Positions 54,740 to 64,000 of a stretch of DNA of 64,000 nt are shown in pieces. The number at the start of each line of letters is the position of its first letter. Position 1 is the first letter of the stretch. The position numbers and the translations under genes were made by a program. Under the pieces are notes generated by a model that did no database searches, was not told the origin of the DNA, and worked only from the letters and a program-made list of their open reading frames with translations. The stretch is from Octopus sinensis (lineage: Eukaryota): positions 16,616,001 through 16,680,000 of the forward strand of contig NC_043017.1 in assembly GCF_006345805.1 (NCBI RefSeq), read 5' to 3'.

Positions 54740-55224
54740 CAATAATAATATAGGGTGAAATTAATTAATTTGGAATAATCATCAATTTCACCAAGTAGAT
54801 TTCGGCATGTAAAAGCCCCATTCAAGGAAGGTTTAAGTAATACTAAGTAATTAAGGGTTTAGCAACGATTTGCCTCACCACACACCGAATTTAGAAATAG
54901 CAGTCAAAAGAGTTTTGGCTATTCTTTCTACTTAAAAGGGAGATCCCAGTAAAACCACAGCACTTAAAAGGCATGCATATATATTTATAGGGAGAGTTTA
55001 CGAAAAAAACAAAAGACGAAGACATGTGGAGTACAAAACAAACAGATGTATTAGTATAACGCTCAGAAATAGAAAAAAGTATTTTACGTTTCGAGCCTAC
55101 GCTCTTCTACAGAAAGGGACACAGAAAAAACAAGGAGAGAGAAAAAGGAAAGAAAAGAAGGAGAGAAAAAAGGATATATATATATATATATATAGTTACA
55201 TATATATACGTATATGTATGTATG

Positions 55225-55271
<47 letters not shown>

Positions 55272-55768
55272 TAATAAATAAAATATATGCATACATACAA
55301 ACATATATGTACGTACCGACATCTACATGTATATATACATGCATATATAAATATATATATACGTACAGGACACCACGAGAAGACGTAAAAATCAACAGAA
55401 ACGAAAACGGAAAAGTCATTTGTTACAACAGAAGGACAGAGACGTGGAACAAGACGAAACGAAATGTGTGTGTGTGTGTCTGTCTGTCTCCTACCATCGC
55501 TTAACAACTGATGTTGCTGCGTTTACGTCCCCTTAATCAAGTCGTTTTGCAAAACACACCAATACATTAAGTACTAATCTTACAAAGAATAAATCCTGGC
55601 GTCGATTTTTTCGACTAAAATTGGTGCTCCAGCATGGCTGCAGTCACATGACCGATGCAATTAAATCAATAGAAAAAACTCTGCTATTTGATCTCCGAGC
55701 AACGCCGGGTATCTCTGCTCGTAACCTCTATGCGTTCAAAGTAAACCGTGTTCTGTGTGAGAAATTGC

Positions 55769-56169
55769 GGATCTTTTCGGTTTGAACGGCAGTTTTTAAA
55801 AATAATTTCCACGTAACTAAACACTTTTAAACTTCGTATACTTGTAGAATGTGTTTATAAAACATCTTTTTCTCTTGGCTTTATTGAGAAAATTCTATAG
55901 TTTGTAAGATATTTGTTGCTTTGTTTTTTTTTTTCAATTTCTGCAATTTCAACCAATCAATGACCTCTGTTGAGGTGAAAACATTCTGTCCCTCGTTTAA
56001 GAAACAGATTTGGTTTATTTACATTTGTGAAGAAAAAAAGATATCCTTCCCCCCACCTCTAACCCTAAAACACATTGAAATGCAATAGATCGATACTAGG
56101 GTTATAATTATGGGTGACAATTTCATATGACACCGCTACAAAAAACTGTCGTTCAAACCGAAAAGATCC
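55769..56169. mobile_element. MITE with 29-bp TIRs and 8-bp TSD (Merlin- or hAT-type)
   Basis: TIR ggatcttttcggtttgaacggcagttttt (1 mismatch at the other end); TSD gaaattgc at 55761-55768 and 56170-56177. Confidence 0.85.
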
Positions 56170-56891
56170 GAAATTGCATTAGTATACGAAGTTTCAAACT
56201 GTTTAGTTAAAAAAAAAAAAAGGGTTTATTAAAAAATCTGGGAGCCAAACTGAACAGATCCCTATTCGCCACTTTTTAACTGTTAAATCCGAAAGGTAAT
56301 TGTGAAATCCCGTTAATCTAAGTTAAGTTATCTAACTTCCGTACCGACAAGGGAGGCAACTATCAGTACGCTGTGAATGATTATGCCCCTTTAATGATGC
56401 CTGTGTAAGAAACTCCACTTTTAGTTCCAACATTCCATGCTGTTATAATAATGAAATTGTTGTATACAGTGCTCAGGTGCACTGTATTTCTTGCTATATT
56501 CTCAACTGCAATTAAATGATTTTATTTGTGATTTGAATTCTAGATGAATAAATGCAAAATTTCCAAATAAATTTTTATTATTATTCTAAATATATAAACG
56601 AAGGTTTCACGTGGCTGTCAACCTTTTTTGATAAATCGAATTTTAATTCTTCAGTTATGGTCAAATATTTTCTTAAAATATCTTTTTTTTAGAAACGCAA
56701 AAAGATTTTGCATTTGTTAGAATTCATTGAAATCAGGTATTTTGTTATACTTTATCAAATTTATAGGGTTTCTTCATAATCATTATTTGTTGCTCCAAAA
56801 CTGAAATTGTAATTCAACACATATTTAAAAACCTCAATTTCTGGATACTAAAGAAAAGCCACGATTTCTTCAGCACAAATCAAAATGTATG

Positions 56892-56947
<56 letters not shown>

Positions 56948-57499
56948 TATAAATTTAAATTTAAATGTTGAAGTGAATCTAACGGTTTTTGTGTTTCTTA
57001 AATGGCTTATAAACACCTTCCACGCTGCAATTGTTTTCGTTCCAGCACACGATCTGAGATCAGGTCACTTGCTATGCAAGTACATCTCCGTAATATATAT
57101 ATTACTTTCCTGAATAAATAGACGGATAAATTTTTTAAAGGACTTAATGACTGATTGGTTAATTAATTAAGTGGATTTCGTATATGGAAACTGAAGGAAG
57201 ACTGTCGTATATATGTGTATAAATATATATATGTAAGTTTATAAATGTTGGAATTCATATCTTTTACTAGTTTCAAAATAACCAGCGTTACTTTTGCTGA
57301 CCTAGCAGAGATAAGATGATATTGTTGTTCACTGAAATTTTTCTCCAGTGTTCCTGTAATCATTTTGTGACTATTCCGTGGCATAGAAGTATTTTTGACA
57401 TCTATTTTTAGCGATACAGGTGCTCAGGTAGTACCCTTGTGTTTGTTTGTGTGTGTGTGTATACAGACCAAAGTGTACGGACGCCGCTATATATATGTG

Positions 57500-57727
57500 T
57501 GTTAGCTGGCAGAATCGTTAGCACGCCGGGCGAAATGCTTTGCGGTATTTCGTCTGCCGCTACGTTCTGAGTTCAAATTCCGCCGAGGTCGACTTTGCCT
57601 TTCATCCTTTCGGGGTCGATTAAATAAGTACCAGTTACGCACTGGGATCGATATAATCGACTTAATCTGTTTGTCTGTCCTTGTTTGTCCCCTCTATGTT
57701 TAGCCCCTTGTGGGTAATAAAGAAATA
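57500..57727 (+). mobile_element. tRNA-derived SINE family 1, complete
   Basis: agctggcagaatcgttagc (A-box-like), gagttcaaattcc (B box), tail tttgtcccctctatgtttagccccttgtgggtaataaagaaatag. Confidence 0.85.
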
Positions 57728-57759
57728 GCTATATATATATGTGTGTGTCTGTGCGAAGT

Positions 57760-58330
57760 GCTTGTCTACTAACCTAAGCAATATTCTCCCCACAAGTTTT
57801 AATGTTGAGTGAGAAGGGTGGGGAAAACCAAACGACCTTCCTATGGCGTTCCTTTTGCGGGTGCTAGGGCGCGACATATAGATGTAGTGCTTAAACCCTC
57901 TGGATGCCAGGGCTTCGTTGTGATAGGGAACCGGGACGTCGAAAATTTCTTGATTTGGGGACAGATTCGATATCTTCTTGTTAACACCCTTCACTAGGTT
58001 TCTGAACATGATAGGCGGGTGGCAGGAGGCTGTGTTGATGTACGACGCCTCTCGTTTGGTTTGCGGTAAGGCCTGTATAAACCAGAGCCCAAGTCTAGCG
58101 TGACATCCAGGAAGTTAACGATGGTGACTAGCGCCCTCGGCTCTATTGTTGAGTCCTAGGACGCTAGTCAAGTCCTTTTAAGTCTATCAAGGGTGTGCCT
58201 ATTGGCTCCTCTAGAGGTGGCCAAAGCGTCATCTCTGTAGAGACCAAAGAGGACTGAAGGGAACGTCTTCCCTGTTGGCCCTTTAAGACCGTAAGATTTG
58301 CCAACCGAACTGGTCTAAGGGAGACTGTTT
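57760..58330 (-). mobile_element. Penelope-like element RT fragment (YRDD)
   Basis: FGLYRDDAL, VNFLDVTLDL, YRPYRKPN, HPPIMFRNLVKGVNKKISNLS...LRLVDKHF. Confidence 0.8.
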
Positions 58331-58547
58331 ATGGCTGAAACAGAGTATATTATTGTTTTTACAAATTAACTGAAGTTAGATGCCCGTCGCAACTGGAGTC
58401 AGACGAGTTGTCTATAAAGCTAAGCGCTTCATGGATGCGAATCCATTGGGAACTCTGTGACTGGGCAGATATATTTATACTTCATGTAAATACATTACTA
58501 CTTTAACGTTTAGAGTATGCTTCCTTTTCGGATATATAATACTCCGA

Positions 58548-58581
<34 letters not shown>

Positions 58582-58805
58582 AGCGAAATCACCTAAAACT
58601 CCACAAGACTCCGGCGATCCCTGCTGTACTCTTTTGACACAACTTTCTCTCACTCTTTCTTCTGTTGGCCTGCTCGCTTAGCCAGTGGGGTGGCGTCATT
58701 TGAAGGCTAAAACAATGCGAAGCGCATTGTGACCAGCGATGTGTAGCAACATCTGATAGCCTGGTCGGTCACATGATCACGTGATATATATATATGTATG
58801 TATAT

Positions 58806-58851
<46 letters not shown>

Positions 58852-59299
58852 CCTTGTGTGACTACTGTATCTCCAGGTAGATTTTCGTGTTCCAAGTATA
58901 GTGGTTATGTCACTACTCTACCCAGTAGTTATGAAATAAGATAAACTCGAGTTTATAATTGCTTGGAACGCTGCATTGAATGTTCCAAATGCATTTGGAT
59001 GCTTAATCAGAACGGATTGGCCCTTGAGTGTGGTGTTTCTCATATTTTTGTAAGAAAGAATTGTAGGGAATGGACTGAGTCTTAGTATTGAGTCAACCAA
59101 CAACTGAGCTCTATCGTAACTCCAACCCAAAAGGTAAAAGGGACAAAATTAATGTTAGACACAATGAATCTTAAAAACATAAGAATGAAAGCATGTGCAC
59201 ACACATATATCTAGTCTTCTATCCGTTCCAGACAATGGATTCCGGTTGTACTTGGATACCATCTATATGAATATACTAAAGAATGTGTCTGGTTTCTTA

Positions 59300-60480
59300 C
59301 AAATGTAATATAATTTCTTCCCTTGGTGCATACCACAAATGTACAGAGAAGAGATAGTAGACTAAATTAAATTGACCAGAATATATCAATAAACCTTATT
59401 GGAGCCAATGAAGGTGATCTGGTCCACCACTTATTCTGAACAGTTGGACAAAGTGTCATTGAAAAGCTACACACATCTGTTTGGGGGTCAACATATAATA
59501 TCGTGCTCTGCCAAAATCTGAATTATGCTTTGTTGCCATTTTGCACCCATGTTACTCAAGGTAACTGAATAGCTTTTGTCAACTTGCAGCAAGAATGTTG
59601 GTTGTGATGCCTTTCCTCAGCACCTCTTCTAAGTTTCAAAGTCTCCCTCTTTTCTAGTTTTCTTTATCATTACATCCTTGCTAAACCTTGCCAATTCTAC
59701 ATTAATTGCCCTTTGCAGAGCAAACCAGTATTTGTTATTGAGAACTGCCCTCATCAACCCCTGCTAATTAATTAATACAGCCTTTGTAATCTTGGTGGCG
59801 CACTATGAGTGATATGTTTAGTCCCCAGTGACCAGGCTCTTGTCTTCAAAGACCAAGATGACCATACAGATCGCAAATTTGGGTCTGTGTAGCTGATCCT
59901 TTTATACTGTGGACAACCCATGCAATCCTTATCTTTTGGAATACAAAAACATTTTACCAATCAGTATGACTTTAAGCAGTTTGACCAAGTCCACATTGGT
60001 ACATTTTGGAAAACCCAGTTATTATCGGTCAGTTAGAAACATTTGAACCTTCCCTCTCCAATCAGTTACCTTGATACAGCCCAAGAGTATATCCAAGATA
60101 CTGTTTCAATATCCCGCTAGTACTAAGGAGCAGGACATTCCAAGAAATACTCTAGCTACCAAAAAAATCTGGTCATCCCTGTCAGGCCATAGGAGGCTAC
60201 GTGTTTCAAAGTATGGCCCTCACTGCTGGTGTCTATAATAAGATCCAGACTTCTCTGAAACAACACAACTCTGCTTCCCAGTTAACCTGGATTTGAGTAT
60301 ACCTTGTACCCATTGAAAATGGGTGTAATATCTATTGTCCCATAAACTCTGGACATGCTAATGGCCACCATATCTATGTCTACTGACCCAAGATTGTTGA
60401 GCAGGTGTCCTTGCTTCCACGACGATTCCAGGACATGTGCATTTGCACCACCTAAAGAAGGCCATGTTTAAACAGATGAA
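59300..60480 (-). mobile_element. Old, highly degenerate Tx1-like ORF2 (endonuclease region)
   Basis: KDKDCMGCPQYKRISYTD and ALQRAINVELARFSK parallel DKDNLGCPQFHTVSYTDH and ALKRAVKAEAIRYSK in copy B. Boundaries approximate. Confidence 0.5.
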
Positions 60481-60649
60481 ACAGGTCCATTTACCTTAAT
60501 GCAGTGGAAAGATAGATATTCCATCCTTCCAGCTAATGGGTGTTTCCACTCTTAAATGTTTTAATAATCTTTTATCATCTCCCCACCCTGCCCAGAAATC
60601 TTCCTTTCCATCAGGCTATAATTTGGTTCTATGTTTATTGAGTTATTTT

Positions 60650-61020
60650 AAGAATTCAGCATGGCCGTATGGTAGGAAGTTGGTTTTTCAAACACATTTT
60701 CCTGGGTTCAGTCCCAATGCGTAGCACCTTGGACAAGTACCTTCTGTTATAAACTTCGGTCAACCAAAGCCTTGTGAGTGGATTTGATAGATGGAAACAA
60801 AGTCTGTCGTATGCATATGTGTGTGTGTGTGTGTGTCTGAGTTTGTCCCCTACCACCACTTGACAACAGGCATTGGTTTGTTGCATCCCCCATAAAACAC
60901 TGACGAAATAATGACTAGGCTTTACTAAAGATAAGTTCTGGGGTTGATATGTTCAACTAAAATCCAAGGCAGTGCCCCAACATGGCCACAGTCTAACAAC
61001 CGAAACAAGTAAAAGGTCTA
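60650..61020 (+). mobile_element. SINE family 2, diverged full length
   Basis: Head gcatggccgtatggtagg...gggttcagtccc; tail ggcagtgccccaacatggccacagtc...gaaacaagtaaaag. Confidence 0.7.
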
Positions 61021-61413
61021 TATTAGTATGTCATTTGTTGGTGTGATGAAATCATGAAGTTTTACGTGGCTTACTAGTTCTCTGTTGTTTGTACTTCTGA
61101 TTGTAGTCTCTTTGTAGATGTTGATGTTGAGCGGTCTTCTGTAGTGAGAGAAGTCCGAAACGTGGTCCTTTGCTATTCGTTAGACACGCAGAAGAGAAAG
61201 CAGGTCGACCCCCAACACCGAGAGCAACGACGGATGGATGAATGCGCATCCAGGCCCAGCGGTTGCATAGGAAGTCGGGGACAAGAAACAAGAAGAAAGA
61301 GTGAGAGAAAGTTGGAGCGGAAGAGTACAACAGGGGTCACCACCACCCCCTGCCAGAGCCTCGTGGAGCTTTAGGTGTAGATGTTGCTCATGTTATTGGT
61401 TTGGCCATGGATT

Positions 61414-64000
61414 CAGTTAGTTAGTTAGTTAATTTGGCTCAAAAGCAAATAGCAAGGCCATGTATGGGGACATGGAGTTAAGTACAGGGTGGTGTTCATG
61501 TAAAGAGTTCAGGCCACTTGAGGTCAAGGGAGGCTTTGAACAAAGCGGTCGTCGGCATCTTCACCATCTCGTCTGGCAGCTTGTTCCACGGATCCGCAAC
61601 CCGGACGGAGAAAGCTCCTCTCCTTCGATTGAGATGAAATCGTCGCAGGTAGAGCTTTTTGGAATGATCCCGCAGCCGACGCTCTGGAGCAGGAGTGAAG
61701 AACAGCTCTTTCAAGAGGTTACACTTTCCGCTTATGATGCTGTGGGCGAGAATGAGATCACCACGGCGGCGGCGTTTTTCTAGAGAATAAAGGTCGAGCG
61801 TCCTCAGCCTTTCTTCATAGGACAAATTTTTGAGACCATGAACCATGCGGGTAGCCAGCTTCTGGACTCTTTCGAGATGCTGTATGTCTTTGAGGAGATA
61901 AGGAGAAGAGGCTTGAATCCCGTATTCCAATATGGGTCTCACCAGCGTGACATAGAGTGGTAGGAATATGGCTGCTGTGAGCATTCCGAATGAACGTCGA
62001 ATCAAGAACAGAATTCCGCGTGCTTTGTTGGCAGCATGGACGCACTGGACCGAAGGTGAAAAGGAGGAATACACCAAGATACCCAGGTCCTTTACCTGAT
62101 CGGTCCTCTCCAGCAGCAGACGACCCGGCTCGAAATCAAGTTAAGTTGCAGGAGGAGAGCCAACAGGCAGATGACAGCACTTTGACACGTTCAGACACAG
62201 GTCCCATTCGTTAGACCACCTCCAAATTTGTTGGAGGCATCGACGAAGATCCTCTATATCACCGCGAGGAGCGACCAGTTTGACATCGTCGGCAAATAGA
62301 AGGGTGTGTTGCGTGAGGTCGTCGGGCAAGTCATTTATGAAGACTAAGAACAATAAGGGCCCAAGCACTGAACCTTGAGGCACGCCACTGCTCGCACTGG
62401 AGACGTCGGACCGCGAACCATTAACTTGGACTTAGAAGGAGCGATCTGAGAGGAAGGTACCAACTCATCGTACAATATCCGGATGGAAACTATATGCTTG
62501 AAGCTTGACAAGTAATAGGCGGTGGTTTACCGAGTCAAAAGCTTTGGCAAAGTCCAATAAAACGATGTCAACAGCATCACTATCATCGAGGATGCGCGTC
62601 ACCAATTCTTCCATTACCAGTAAGTTGGTCAAGCATGATCTCTTCGGCATGAAGCCGTGTTGGGAATCAGAGATGGAGGCTGTGTTTTGGAGGTGGAGCA
62701 TCATACTTTTCTTAAGGATGGTTTCGAACATCTTGCTGATTATTGATGTAAGGGAAACCGATCGGTAGTTAAGCGGGTCTTCGCGGCTCCCTTTCTTGAA
62801 AATTGGGCAGATTATCGCTGTTCTCCAGTCCGCAGGTATAACACCCGTCGCCAATGACATATTGAATATTCGTGTTAAGGGCTCGCAGATGACCGGAGCC
62901 AACGCTTTGATAACCCGTGGGTGTATGCCGTCAGGGCCGTGACCCTTGTTGACATCGAGGCCTTGAATTGTTATTCAAGGCCTCGATGTCAACAAGGGTC
63001 CTGCGTGATGACCAATCGAAGCATTGGAGGTACCGATCTATCAAATGGAGGGGATTCACGACCGTCATCTTGTTTGAAAATAGTTGAAAAAGCCTCGGCA
63101 AATAATTGACTCTGTTGATACGGGTCCTCAATCGATACGCCTGTTGAGTCTACCAACGTTGCAATCTGGTTGTTCAAGCGGGAATTCCGCTGGACATGGG
63201 CAAAGAAGGTTTTTGGATTGCTACTGGCATTTGCCGCGATTTTGTATTCATAACTGAAGCGTTCTTCCTTTTAATTTTCACAGCTCAGTCTCGTTGAGTT
63301 TTGTACACCTCAAAAGCTGCAGTCGAATCTAGATTTTTGAATTCAGCCCAAGCAATATCTCTGAGTTGAAGTTCTCGTTTAACCTTCTTCGTCACCCAGG
63401 GCTTGTGTTGTTTCTTCTTGGGAAGCCCAACGGGAACTGCCTGGTCAGTCAACCAGATTACATATGCTTTGAGGGATGACCATAGTTTGTCAACTGAGGA
63501 CAACGTCATCAGGGATTGCCAGTCCAGAAGTGCGGAAGCCTCGGTTAGAATTTCAATATTAATTGCAGAGAAGACTCTACATGGCAGCGAAGTAGTCGTG
63601 GGTGTAGAAAAAGTTGTGTGCATGACGAACTTCAGGACCGCATGATCACTCTTGGCAAGAGGGGCACAAACAGATACATATTCAACATGTTGCGATAGAA
63701 AACAATCTTCAGCCACGTCAAGAAGGGCCTGGCCGAACCGGGAAGATGATGTACAAATTGATGCGGGCCAATCGATCGTGGGTGCGTTGAAGTCTCCTAG
63801 TATCAAACAGTCATGCGAAGCTGAAACGAATCTTATCGCTTCGAGTAAATGAGCATCGTCTTTGAGGAGATAAGGAGAAGAGGCTTGAATCCCGTATTCC
63901 AATATGGGTCTCACCAGCGTGACATAGAGTGGTAGGAATATGGCTGCTGTGAGCATTCCGAATGAACGTCGAATCAAGAACAGAATTCCGCGTGCTTTGT
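61414..64000 (-). mobile_element. CR1-like LINE (second family) with (TAAC)n tail and an internal tandem duplication
   Basis: APE GDFNAP...SDHAVL; RT QHGFMPKRSCLTNLL, DFAKAFDSVNH, PQGSVLGPLLF, LFADDVK; ends ttttgagccaaatt(aact)n. 63858-64000 is identical to 61886-62028. Confidence 0.9.

Noticed and set aside
57500-57600. tRNA gene or CRISPR-like array
   Set aside because: The A/B boxes belong to SINE heads with no cloverleaf; no regularly spaced repeat-spacer array exists in this eukaryotic window.

Overview
AT-rich, repeat-dense eukaryotic DNA; the SINE/LINE/Helitron landscape and the zinc-finger style point to an octopod (Octopus-like) genome, which is an inference. There are two host genes. 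(1) The last five coding exons of QTRT2/QTRTD1, the queuine tRNA-ribosyltransferase accessory subunit, on the + strand (29-117, 1993-2093, 4403-4528, 7607-7732, 8584-8704). The ORF track largely misses them. They join in frame only if intron 2094-4402 is a minor-spliceosome (U12) intron with rare AT...AG ends. (2) A 13-finger C2H2 zinc-finger gene on the - strand (39341-40526) carrying indels. The rest is mobile DNA: a near full-length Tx1-clade LINE inserted with a 15-bp TSD into the (TATC)n tail of a relative; further Tx1, CR1-like, RTE and Penelope-like remnants; tRNA-derived SINEs whose 3' tails match LINEs in this window; many Helitrons; pogo/Tigger and mariner remnants; and two MITEs. 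There are also three long near-perfect fold-back palindromes, hammerhead-ribozyme-like motifs, microsatellites and one 100-N gap. All calls come from reading the sequence and recalling family motifs; no database search was run.
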